Shown: piece by piece, positions 47,802 through 57,276 of the stretch
How the letters are laid out: each line of letters opens with the position of its first letter
Position numbering within the stretch: position 1 is the stretch's first letter
DNA from: an uncultured Nitrososphaerota archaeon
GTDB lineage: Archaea; Thermoproteota; Nitrososphaeria; Nitrososphaerales; Gagatemarchaeaceae
DNA length: 64,000 nt
NCBI GenBank assembly: GCA_963838925.1
Contig: CAWISW010000001.1
Span: 160,001-224,000, forward strand
Direction: 5' to 3'
Position numbers and translations under genes: made by a program
Notes under the pieces: generated by a model
The model's input: only the letters and a program-made list of their open reading frames with translations
What the model was told of the DNA's origin: nothing
Databases searched by the model: none

Positions 47802-49430
47802 GTGAGCTTGTCATCCTCTGACTCTGGCGACGGCAGCAAGCCCGAAGAGCAGAAGAAGCCCTCGATGCCGCCGCCTCCGCCCAGACCGGGCTCGGTTGGC
47901 ACCGCCGGCTCCCCTGCCGCCCCAGGCTCGACGGGGACGAGCGCCGTGCCGCCCGCTCCCAGGCCTGGCGTGCCGATGGCCCCGACTCCGCCGCGCCCGG
48001 CCGGAGCCGCCCCCATGGCGCCGATGGCTCCCAGAGCCCCAAGCGCGCCCTCTGCCGCAGCAAAGCCTCCAGCGCCCCCTCCTAACATGATAGTCAAGCT
48101 CTGGAACTTCATCGTCGGCAGGTTCGAGAGGACTGTCTTCTTCGGACTGAAGTTCACCTTCCCCAAGAAGTTCGTGAGCCCGCTGGGCTTCCTCGGCGTA
48201 CTCACGGGGATGGTCTTCCTGCTGCTGGGCATAACCGGCGGCCTCCTCATGATCTACTATGAGCCCACCCTTCCGGGGTGCGGCAACTTCTCGTGCGCGT
48301 TCACCAGCGTCGCGAACATCACCAACACGGTCCCCTACGGCTGGTTCCTGAGGGACATCCACTACACGGCGTCGAACGCGATGGTCCTCCTGGCGGCCCT
48401 ACACCTCTACTATCAGTACTTCAGCGGGAGGTTCAAGATCAAGAACGAGGTCATCTGGGTGACGGGGATGATCTTCGGCCTCATCACAGTCCTCGAGGCC
48501 TTCACAGGGTACGACATCATCTTCAACCAGAGGGCGGGCCTCGCTATAGAGATAGGTGCTTCCCTGGCCAATTCGTCCCCCTCGATCGGGCCTGTCACTG
48601 GATCGGCGATCCGACTCGCGACCTTCGGGTCCGGGTTCAGCGACTTCATCCTGCGCCTCTTCGCGGCCCACGTCTTCATCCTCCCCATGTTCATGCTCCT
48701 CCTCACATTCTTCCACTTCCCGCGCTACCTCGTCTTCGACCTCCCGGTCGTCGCGTCGGTGATGGGCGGCATATTCGTCATCGGCTCGCTGTTCCCTGTC
48801 CAGCTCGGCACCGCCTACAGCCCGGGCAACGGGCAGCTCACCATCCCAGAGTGGTACCTGACCAGCCTCTACGCCCTCCTCCGCACGGAACTTGACAAGT
48901 TCACGATGGCGGGACTGATCCCCGTCCTCATGCTGCTTATGTTCGCCGTGGTGCCCTTCGTGGACACCTCGAAGAAGATGTCGTGGAAGGAGAGGCCCTT
49001 CTTCGCCGCGCTAGGCATCACCAGCATCGGGCAGGTGCTCGTGACCACCTCCTGGGGCGCGTACGTCAACCCGGACACCTCGCTGAGCACGCTCGCGCGG
49101 CTCTACGTCAATCCGACGGAATACTTCGGCTCCATGCTCATCCTGACGGCCGTCTGCTTCGGCCTCACCTACTCCGTGATCAACTTCCTCAACGCCAAGG
49201 AGAAGGTCAGGAAGGCGCTGAACCCGACCTCGCTCTCCTTCCTCTCCAGGGAGTGGCTCACCGCGATACTCTTCCTGCTCATCGCCGTCCAGGTGATCAT
49301 GAACATCTTCGCCGTCCAAGCGGTCGGGGCTGGGTTCAACAGCATCGCCCTCTTCGAGCTGGGAGTGATCTTCATCACCTTCTCGGTGATAGTCCACCTC
49401 TACAGATACAGCCAGCAGCTGCCGTTTTGA
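47802..49430 (+). CDS. Cytochrome b subunit of a bc-type complex
   Basis: Four heme-ligating His; PEWY motif; Pro-rich N-terminus. Confidence 0.95.
   Translation: MSLSSSDSGDGSKPEEQKKPSMPPPPPRPGSVGTAGSPAAPGSTGTSAVPPAPRPGVPMAPTPPRPAGAAPMAPMAPRAPSAPSAAAKPPAPPPNMIVKLWNFIVGRFERTVFFGLKFTFPKKFVSPLGFLGVLTGMVFLLLGITGGLLMIYYEPTLPGCGNFSCAFTSVANITNTVPYGWFLRDIHYTASNAMVLLAALHLYYQYFSGRFKIKNEVIWVTGMIFGLITVLEAFTGYDIIFNQRAGLAIEIGASLANSSPSIGPVTGSAIRLATFGSGFSDFILRLFAAHVFILPMFMLLLTFFHFPRYLVFDLPVVASVMGGIFVIGSLFPVQLGTAYSPGNGQLTIPEWYLTSLYALLRTELDKFTMAGLIPVLMLLMFAVVPFVDTSKKMSWKERPFFAALGITSIGQVLVTTSWGAYVNPDTSLSTLARLYVNPTEYFGSMLILTAVCFGLTYSVINFLNAKEKVRKALNPTSLSFLSREWLTAILFLLIAVQVIMNIFAVQAVGAGFNSIALFELGVIFITFSVIVHLYRYSQQLPF
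49415..49426 (+). repeat. 12-bp direct repeat GCAGCTGCCGTT, copy 1
   Basis: Identical to 50703-50714; brackets the tnpB element. Confidence 0.85.
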
Positions 49431-50702
49431 ACTGCCCGCTAGCGCAGCAGGCTTCCTGCTTCAATGAGCAAATATGCTTGTCCTGTGGTGCCTGACAAGT
49501 AGGGATCCGCCCTCAGCACGGGCTCGTTCCAAACCCTTAGCGAGAATATTCCTCGCCGCGTTCACGTCTCTGTCGATTGCAAGACCGCAGTGTTCGCAAT
49601 TGTGCACTCGTTGACTGAGTGTCTTGTGAGCCATTTCCCCGCAACTAGAACATTTCTGCGAAGTGCCGCTTGGGTCGACGAGAATGACCCGTCCTCCACG
49701 CCTTTCCGCCTTTGAAGCGGTCAAGTCGCGGAGCATTCCCCAACCGGACTCCATTATTGCTCTAGCGAGATTAGGATTCCTAACCATTCGGCGAATTTTC
49801 AGATTCTCGAAAACAATCGTGTGGTTGTTTCTCGTCAGTTCATCCGACAGTTTCTCAAGGAAGTCTTTCCTTTGCCGTCGCAAGGTTCTCCATGCCTTGG
49901 AGAGAAGAGTCCTCGTCTTCTCTCGGTTTCTCGAACCGCGATTCTTGCGAGATAAGCGACGTTGCAAGTGAAGGATCCTGTTTGCCGAAGTCTGAAGACA
50001 AGAAGGTTGTTGAACCGAGGTTCCGTTGCTCAGAGTAGCTAGGTTCGAGATTCCGAGGTCGACGCCTATTGCTCCCTCGCCGCACGGCCTTCTGATTGGG
50101 GATTCTTTCACGAGAACCGCAATAAACCACTGGTCGATGTCCCGAATGATGGTTGCCCTCTTGAGGCTGCCCCCGATAGCGCAACACGGTCTGACTTTGA
50201 TTCTGCCGATCTTGCTCAGAATGACATGATTGTGCTCCAGCTTGAAACCCATCTGTGGGTAGGTGAAAGAGTTGTAACGCGCTTTCCTCTTGAATTTGGG
50301 GTGTTTGATTAGGCCACAATGGAATGACATGAACACTCTCCAGCCTCCAAACGACATCCTGCAAGACCTGAGCGTATACTTGTTTGAGGAACTTGTTGCT
50401 CTCCTTACGGATTGGAAGAGATCTCTTTTGCTCGAAGTAACTAGAGTGGGTGGTTATTCTGTCTGAAAGTAAGTCGTTGTAGAGGCGGCGACATGTTTCA
50501 ACGGTCTCCTCAAGGGTTCTCTGTTGCACTTCGTTCGGGTATAGCCGAAACATGAAGGTTAGCGTAGCGACTCATTCTCCGCCGAATCTAGTTGGGGAGC
50601 ATAGGATGCAAACGAATGCGGGTCGACGGTTCTTGTTGTCTTTAGTAGAGGAGTCGTGTTGTTAGAACTCGAATTAGGATATAAGCGCCCATCCGCGCCA
50701 CG
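49427..50702 (-). mobile_element. tnpA-less IS605-family (IS1341-like) element
   Basis: Right end ...GAAGC-hairpin-AGTTCAA on the minus strand; lower GC; bounded by 12-bp repeats. Confidence 0.8.
49461..50553 (-). pseudogene. tnpB: Frameshifted TnpB
   Basis: FRLYP N-terminus in one frame; GVDLG, VFENL, CSSC..CEHC and DRDVN in another; shift near 50335. Confidence 0.88.
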
Positions 50703-50714
50703 GCAGCTGCCGTT
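50703..50714 (+). repeat. 12-bp direct repeat GCAGCTGCCGTT, copy 2
   Basis: Followed by CTAG; overlaps the 14-bp palindrome ACGGCAGCTGCCGT (50700-50713). Confidence 0.85.
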
Positions 50715-51525
50715 CTAGGGCGACTCTAGGTCGGCGCAGAGCTCAAAGTACCTCGGCCCTATGGCCCTCACGCGCCTTACCGCCCCGACGGAGAGCCCCT
50801 GGGCGATCGTGCCGAGTTCCTTCCTGAGGTTGCTCTCGGACTCGGCCTCGTCCCTCCCGGTCATGTGCCTATAGTAGTGGACGACGCCCTTCGGGGCCAG
50901 CATCGAGAGGGCCGCCGGGAGGAAGAGGTTCGATTGCGACGGGTGGGGCATGAGGATTCTGTCGAATGGCCCCTCGCCCTCTAGCTCCTCGGGGAGGAGC
51001 ATGGCGTCGCCCTCTATCATCTCGATCCTGTCCTCGACCTTGTTCAGCTTGTTGTTCTCAAGGTGGTACCTGAACGCGGCGTCGTTGAGCTCGCAGCTCC
51101 AGACCCTCGTCTTCTTCGCTATGAGTATGGAGTAGGGCCCCACGCCAGCGAACATGTTCAGGACCTTCTCGCCCGCCGCGACCTTCCCGGCTATCCGCAG
51201 CCTCTCAGTCGAGAGGCGGGGGGAGAAGTAGCAGGTCTCGACGTCGAGCTTCAGCCTGAGCCCGTTCTCCTTGTGGAGAGTGGTGGTGCGCTCCTCCCCG
51301 CCCAGGTGGCGGAGCTTGCGAAGGCGGAAGTCGCCCTCGATGCCGCCCTCCTGGCCGTAGACGCACTTCACGCTCTTCATCTCCGAGAGGATCGCCTCCG
51401 CGAGCGCCCCCTCGCTCCCCCCGGCGCCGGGGCGGAGCTTGACTATCGCGATGTCCCCTATCACGTCGATGCCGCTCTCGAAGGACGAGAGCTCGCCCCA
51501 CTTTGAGAGCTTCGAGCAAGCTCAC
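50715..51525 (-). CDS. Trm5/Tyw2 (Met-10-like) tRNA methyltransferase; apparent frameshift near the N-terminus
   Basis: IGDIAIV, HKENG, YFSPRLSTER and NMFAGVGP; long ORF is 50715-51464. Confidence 0.88.
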
Positions 51526-51547
51526 CCAGGCGCTGACAGAGGAGACG

Positions 51548-53374
51548 TCATGCCTCCTGCTCCTCTTCCTCCCCTTCCTGTGGCTGGCCGGGCCTCGCCG
51601 CGTAGTAGTACTGGCCCTTCTCCTTCTGCTCCCTGTCGCGCTTGCTCTCAGGCTTGTTCACCCTGGGCCTGCCGCTCTTCACGTCCCTGCGGTACGTCAG
51701 CCCTATCTCCCCGAGGAACGTGTTCATCCCCTCCTCCTTCCCGAGAGGAGCGGTCGCCGACCCGCTCCGACCCGGCTCCCCCGTGAAGACCATCATCCTG
51801 TCCGAGATGAGGTCTAGAAGCTGGATGTCGTGGTCGATTATCAGCGCGCTCTTCCCCCTCGCCTTCACCAGCCTTCCCATCGCCTTGGCGATCACGAACC
51901 TGTCCTCGACGTCCACGAAGGCGGACGGCTCGTCCAGTGCGTAGAGGTCGGCCTGGGCGGCGAACGTCGAGACTATGGCCAGCTTCTGGAGCTCCCCGCC
52001 GCTGAGGTCCGCCACGTTCCTGGGGAGGAGCTTCTCGATCTTCAGGGGGCCCGCGAGATACGCCTGGAGGTTGGCGTCGTCGAACCCCTTCCCAACCTTC
52101 TCGCCGATGAACTCGAGGACCGTCCCTGGGTAGTCCGCCTTCAGGTACTGGGGCTTCAGCGCGATCTTCGCGCCCACGCTCACCTCCCCGGAGTCCGGCT
52201 TCTCCTCTCCAGCGAGCATCCGGAGGAACGTCGTCTTTCCGAGCGCGTTCGCCCCGATGGCCCCGAAGATGGTCCCCGCAGTCATCTGGCCGGCGCTCAC
52301 CTCGAGCGAGAATCCGGGGAACGCCTTCTTCAGCGAGCCGTAGCTAGCGATGACCTCCTCGGATTGCTGGGTCTCGACGCTTGTCGTGACGTCGAAGGTG
52401 ACGCTCTTGTCCCTGAAGCGCGTGTTCTCAAGCGGGAGGAATCCGTCGAGGAGCGCGTTGATGCCGCTCCGGGAAGGGTAGAGCGACGAGACGATGCCGT
52501 AGACGCCCGGCTCCCCGTAGACTATCTGGACGTAGTCGGACGCATAGTCGAGGAACGTGATGTCGTGCTCGACGAGGAGGACGTACCTGCCCTTCTCGGC
52601 GATCGACCGGATGAGCTTGGAGACAGCCAGCCTCTGGTAGACGTCGTTGTAAGACGAGGGCTCGTCAAAGAGGTACATGTCTGCCTCCTTGAGCGAGGCG
52701 ACCGCCACCGCCACCCTCTGGAGCTCCCCGCCGCTCAGCTCGCCCACGTTCTTCCCGAGCGCCTCCCCAAGGCCGAGCGTCTCGACGACGCTCTCCATCT
52801 CGCCCGTCTCGTTCATCTTGGAGAGGAGGGACGAGACGTCCTTCTTCCACACCTCTGGGAGCTTGTAGACGGCCTGGGGCTTGAGCGAGATCTTCACCTC
52901 GCCGCTCTCGACCCTCTCGAAGTGCTCCTTGAGCTCCTTCCCGCTGAGGTAGTCGAGTATCAGCCTCCACGAGGCCGTGTGCTCGTAGTCGCCCAGGTTG
53001 GGGATGAGCTGGCCCGACAGGATCTGGAGGGCGGTGGACTTGCCAGTACCGTTCCTCCCCACGAGCCCCACCACGTGCCCCTTCCTCGGGGTCGGGAGGC
53101 GATAGAGGCGGAATGTGTTCACGCCGTACTGGTGTATCTTGTCCTCTTGCAGCTCCTCGCTCAGGTTCAGGATGGTTATCGCCTCGAACGGGCATACCTT
53201 CACGCATATCCCGCAGCCTATGCAGAGCTGCTCCGAGATGACCGCCAGCTTCTCCTCGCCGAGGACTATGCACTCGTCTCCGTTGATATTGACGGGGCAG
53301 TCCTTGATGCACTCTAGCCCGCACTTGTCAGAGTGACAAAGATTCTCGTCGAGACCGGCTACCCTGTGAACCAT
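51548..53374 (-). CDS. Ribosome recycling ATPase ABCE1/Rli1
   Basis: N-terminal 2x[4Fe-4S] Cys motifs; two ABC domains; TYRRD..SGRPRVNK. Confidence 0.97.
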   Translation of the reverse strand: MVHRVAGLDENLCHSDKCGLECIKDCPVNINGDECIVLGEEKLAVISEQLCIGCGICVKVCPFEAITILNLSEELQEDKIHQYGVNTFRLYRLPTPRKGHVVGLVGRNGTGKSTALQILSGQLIPNLGDYEHTASWRLILDYLSGKELKEHFERVESGEVKISLKPQAVYKLPEVWKKDVSSLLSKMNETGEMESVVETLGLGEALGKNVGELSGGELQRVAVAVASLKEADMYLFDEPSSYNDVYQRLAVSKLIRSIAEKGRYVLLVEHDITFLDYASDYVQIVYGEPGVYGIVSSLYPSRSGINALLDGFLPLENTRFRDKSVTFDVTTSVETQQSEEVIASYGSLKKAFPGFSLEVSAGQMTAGTIFGAIGANALGKTTFLRMLAGEEKPDSGEVSVGAKIALKPQYLKADYPGTVLEFIGEKVGKGFDDANLQAYLAGPLKIEKLLPRNVADLSGGELQKLAIVSTFAAQADLYALDEPSAFVDVEDRFVIAKAMGRLVKARGKSALIIDHDIQLLDLISDRMMVFTGEPGRSGSATAPLGKEEGMNTFLGEIGLTYRRDVKSGRPRVNKPESKRDREQKEKGQYYYAARPGQPQEGEEEEQEA

Positions 53375-53395
53375 CGGCGAAGAAACAGGACCGCG

Positions 53396-54007
53396 CTACG
53401 GGCTGTCTTTCAATCTTGCGGCGATCGGGCAGAAGCTGTGGATCTTTGGGTCGGTCCCCAGCCCGAGCGACTCGTATGAGTACTTCTTCCGCGTCTCCCT
53501 CCAGACCGCCTCCTCGGATGGCTCGCCGTTGAGGTGCATCATCTCGTGCTCCTCTATTATCGGGCGCAGCCTGCACGCGGAGCACATCTGCTTGACGAAC
53601 GCCAGGCCGTGCGTGGTGGAGTTGTAGAGGATCACGACGCCCGTTCCCCCGATGAGCCAGACCATCGCGAGCGCCGCGTATATGCCGAAAGCCGAGTTGA
53701 GAAGGTACGATATGGCCCCCGTCGCGCAGATTAGCGACGCTCCGAGCAGCTTTCCCTCAGCGCCGCGAGGGAACGAGAAGCCTATCGCCCTCCTCGGCAG
53801 CGAGGAGACGAGAAGCGGGGGGAGCAGGAGCCTCAGGAGCTTCGATAGAGGTAGGACGACTATTCCGTCGCTCGACGCTACGGGCGCAGGAATCCGAAAG
53901 GCGTTCGCGAGGTAGGATGGGGCGCCGGTCTCACTCTTGGCGCTGTGGCTGCCAGCAACCCCCTTCGGCCCCTTGCCTTCCGTGTTCTCCATGGAGTCCT
54001 CTGTCAT
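53396..54007 (-). CDS. Hypothetical membrane protein with CxxC and HExxH
   Basis: TM hairpin, then CSAC...EHEMMH. Confidence 0.65.
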   Translation of the reverse strand: MTEDSMENTEGKGPKGVAGSHSAKSETGAPSYLANAFRIPAPVASSDGIVVLPLSKLLRLLLPPLLVSSLPRRAIGFSFPRGAEGKLLGASLICATGAISYLLNSAFGIYAALAMVWLIGGTGVVILYNSTTHGLAFVKQMCSACRLRPIIEEHEMMHLNGEPSEEAVWRETRKKYSYESLGLGTDPKIHSFCPIAARLKDSP

Positions 54008-54025
54008 TTTACGCTCACCGTCGAA

Positions 54026-54868
54026 CTATTTATGCGTGCTAGTGAAGGTCTCGGAAATCTTCCTGAGCCTGGAAGTGATTTTCGACTCGAATCTCTTGAA
54101 CTCCTGCGTCCGGTTCGGAGTGAAGTCCAGGGAGAGAGGCGAGCTGGAGATCGCCTTTAGCTTGTGAACCGCGTAAGCGTCGGAGTCCTTCCTGAAACTC
54201 GGCATCCTCGAGCCCCAGAGCCAGTAGTAAGGCCGCCCGCGCGGGTCCTCGCGCTCCACCACGGAGTCCCTCCACTTCCTCGTCTCAACTGAAGTTATCT
54301 TGACCCGGGTGCGCCAGCTCGTCCCCCAGGGGAAGTTGACGTTGAGCATGTCCGCTCCCTTCGGCATCCCGTGCTCGAGAACCTCCTGCAGGATCTCTGC
54401 GGCTATCTTCGCCGGGATCGCAAAGCGCGGGTCCTTCCTCCCGTGGACTATCGTCTTGCCCTGAGGGATCTCCATCGAGAACGCGATTGCCGGGATCCCC
54501 AGGAGGGCTGCAGAGAGGGCAGCCGCTACCGTTCCGGATGCGAATATGTCTTGGATTGTAAGGTTCTCGCCCTTGTTGATCCCCGAGACCACCGCGTCCG
54601 GCCTTCTCGGGAGGATGCTGTGTATCCCGATCATCGTCGAGTCGGCCGGGCTCCCAGAGATGGCGTAGCACACCCGGTGCCCCACGTGCACCTTGGTCAC
54701 GCGGAGAGGCCTGTGGAACGTGAGGCTCATGCCTGCCGCGCTCTGCTCTCCCTCGGGAGCGATTATCATGACGCTCCCGAGCGTCGAAGCAGCGTCAGCG
54801 AGCGCGATTATACCCGGGCTGGTCACCCCGTCGTCGTTGGTGACCATGATGAGAAGGTCTTCGTCCAA
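54026..54868 (-). CDS. surE: 5'/3'-nucleotidase SurE
   Basis: VTNDDG, SGIN.G.N, SGTV and DPRGRPYYW. Confidence 0.97.
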   Translation of the reverse strand: MDEDLLIMVTNDDGVTSPGIIALADAASTLGSVMIIAPEGEQSAAGMSLTFHRPLRVTKVHVGHRVCYAISGSPADSTMIGIHSILPRRPDAVVSGINKGENLTIQDIFASGTVAAALSAALLGIPAIAFSMEIPQGKTIVHGRKDPRFAIPAKIAAEILQEVLEHGMPKGADMLNVNFPWGTSWRTRVKITSVETRKWRDSVVEREDPRGRPYYWLWGSRMPSFRKDSDAYAVHKLKAISSSPLSLDFTPNRTQEFKRFESKITSRLRKISETFTSTHK

Positions 54869-55007
54869 TCGTGGGCCCTCTACCTCTCAGACGAGATAAG
54901 GTGTGCGCTCCTCCGGTGGGAACGACAAGCGACTTTTCGCAAATGGAAACTGCGATATCGTCTAAAAGGAATCCACAAGGCTAATAAGGGATACAGGGGA
55001 GTCAGCG

Positions 55008-57203
55008 TTGTCTGAAAGTGATCGAGGAATGAGTCAGCAGCAAGTACAGCTCAAGGTATTGGAGGCGTACACGAGGGACGTCGGTCGAGGAGTGGCCAGG
55101 ATTGACTACGACGCGATGGACGCGCTCGACGCCTCCACTGGCGACGTCATCGAAATCAGAGGGAAGAGGCGCACAGTCGCAAAGTGCTTACCTCTCTACC
55201 CTTCAGACGAAGGCAGGGGGATAGTCAGGATCGACGGCCTCATCCGCAACAACGCCGGAGTGGCCATCGGAGACATGGTCATAGTCCGCAAGGTCAAGGC
55301 GCCGCCGGCGGAGAAGGTCGTGGTCGCCCCGCTCGAGGCGGTGCCGCCCATCGACGAGAGGTACCTTGCTGACACGCTCGAGAGCGTCCCTGTCACAAAG
55401 GGCGACAACGTAATGATACCATACTTCGGAGGAAGGCTGACGTTCCAGGTGATGGGCGTCACCCCCGCGGCTGAGGCTGCGCTCATCACCCAGAGGACCG
55501 TATTCGTCATCTCCGAGAAGGGAGAGGCCCTCCGCGGAGTCCCGCAGGTAACCTACGAGGACATCGGCGGCCTAAAGGACGAGATCCAAAAGGTCCGCGA
55601 GATGATCGAGCTGCCCCTCCGCCACCCTGAGATATTCGAGAAGCTCGGAGTCGAGGCGCCCAAGGGAGTGCTCCTGTACGGGCCTCCCGGCACCGGAAAG
55701 ACCCTCCTCGCAAAGGCGGTCGCGACGGAGAGCAACGCCCACTTCATCCCGATCTCCGGGCCCGAGATCATGAGCAAGTTCTACGGAGAGTCCGAGGCGA
55801 GGCTCCGCGAGATCTTCAAGGAGGCCAAGGAGAAGGCGCCGACAATCATATTCATCGACGAGATAGACTCGATCGCCCCCAAGAGGGAGGAGGTCACAGG
55901 AGAGGTGGAGCGCAGGGTCGTCAGCCAGCTCCTCTCGCTCATGGACGGCCTCGAGGCCAGGGGCAAGGTCATCGTCATCGCGGCCACCAACAGGCCCAAC
56001 GCCATCGACCCGGCCCTGAGGAGGCCAGGACGCTTCGACCGCGAGATAGAGATCAAGGTCCCAGACAAGAAGGGCAGGTACGAGATCCTCCAGATCCATA
56101 CGAGGCACATGCCTCTCACGCCCGACGTGGACCTCGAGAAGCTGGCGGCAGTCACCCACGGCTTCGTGGGCGCCGACGCGGAGTACCTCTGCAAGGAGGC
56201 CGCGATGAAGACCCTCCGCAGGATGCTCCCAGAGCTGAAGCTCGAGGAGGAGAGGCTCAGCCCGGAGATCCTTGACAAGCTCATAGTGACCATGGCGGAC
56301 TTCGAGGGCGCGCTGAAGGACGTGATGCCCTCGGCGATGCGCGAGGTCTACCTCGAGACGCCCGACGTAAAGTGGGCGGACCTCGGAGGGCTCGACGGCG
56401 TCAAGAGGGAGCTCCAGGAGGCGGTCGAATGGCCCCTGAAGTTCTCCGACCTTTACGCCGCCATAGGCTACAACATGCCAAAGGGCATCCTCCTCTACGG
56501 CGCGTCGGGCACGGGCAAGACCATGCTCGCAAAGGCAGTCGCGACCGAGAGCGAGGCCAACTTCATCAGCGTGAGGGGCCCGGAGCTCCTCAGCAAGTGG
56601 GTGGGCGAGTCCGAGCGCGGCGTGAGGGAGGTCTTCAGGAGGGCGCGCCAGGCCGCACCTTGCATCATCTTCTTCGACGAGATCGACGCCCTCGCGCCGA
56701 CCAGAGGCATGGGAGGCGACAGCATGGTCACCGAGAGGGTGGTAAGCCAGCTCCTCACCGAGCTCGACGGCATCCAGCAGCTGAACGGCGTGGTCGTCTT
56801 GGCTGCAACCAACAGGATAGACATGGTCGACCCGGCGCTCGTCAGGCCAGGCAGGTTCGACAAGGTCATCCCCATACCGATGCCCGACAAGGAGTCCAGG
56901 GAGAAGATACTCGAGATCAACATGGAGGGCAAGCAGATGGCGCCGGAGGTTAGGAAGGACATGAAGGCGCTCGTCGACATGACCGAAGGGTTCAGCGGAG
57001 CCGACGTCGCGGCCCTCGTCAACACAGCGGTCTCCATGGTGCTCCAAGAGTACGTCGCGAAGTATCCAAAGCCAGAGGACGCGAAGAAGCACCTGGACGA
57101 GGCCATCGTGACCTTCGAGCACTTCAAGGACGCGGTGAAGAAGGTGCGCTCCTCAAGGGAGAGCAAGCCGATGGAGAAGGTCGCGGTCCCCTACTACCGC
57201 TAG
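55008..57203 (+). CDS. Cdc48/VCP AAA+ ATPase
   Basis: N-domain; two AAA modules; C-terminal PYYR. Confidence 0.98.
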   Translation: MSESDRGMSQQQVQLKVLEAYTRDVGRGVARIDYDAMDALDASTGDVIEIRGKRRTVAKCLPLYPSDEGRGIVRIDGLIRNNAGVAIGDMVIVRKVKAPPAEKVVVAPLEAVPPIDERYLADTLESVPVTKGDNVMIPYFGGRLTFQVMGVTPAAEAALITQRTVFVISEKGEALRGVPQVTYEDIGGLKDEIQKVREMIELPLRHPEIFEKLGVEAPKGVLLYGPPGTGKTLLAKAVATESNAHFIPISGPEIMSKFYGESEARLREIFKEAKEKAPTIIFIDEIDSIAPKREEVTGEVERRVVSQLLSLMDGLEARGKVIVIAATNRPNAIDPALRRPGRFDREIEIKVPDKKGRYEILQIHTRHMPLTPDVDLEKLAAVTHGFVGADAEYLCKEAAMKTLRRMLPELKLEEERLSPEILDKLIVTMADFEGALKDVMPSAMREVYLETPDVKWADLGGLDGVKRELQEAVEWPLKFSDLYAAIGYNMPKGILLYGASGTGKTMLAKAVATESEANFISVRGPELLSKWVGESERGVREVFRRARQAAPCIIFFDEIDALAPTRGMGGDSMVTERVVSQLLTELDGIQQLNGVVVLAATNRIDMVDPALVRPGRFDKVIPIPMPDKESREKILEINMEGKQMAPEVRKDMKALVDMTEGFSGADVAALVNTAVSMVLQEYVAKYPKPEDAKKHLDEAIVTFEHFKDAVKKVRSSRESKPMEKVAVPYYR

Positions 57204-57276
57204 TCGCGGGGTAGGGCAACAATCTCTTTTAATCGTCGCAAGCTCCGGGTACGCAACGCAGTAGTGTAAACTCGAA

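Noticed and set aside
51522-51524. Selenocysteine or readthrough at the in-frame TGA upstream of trm5
   Set aside because: Not at a catalytic position and no SECIS evident; a frameshift explains the N-terminus better
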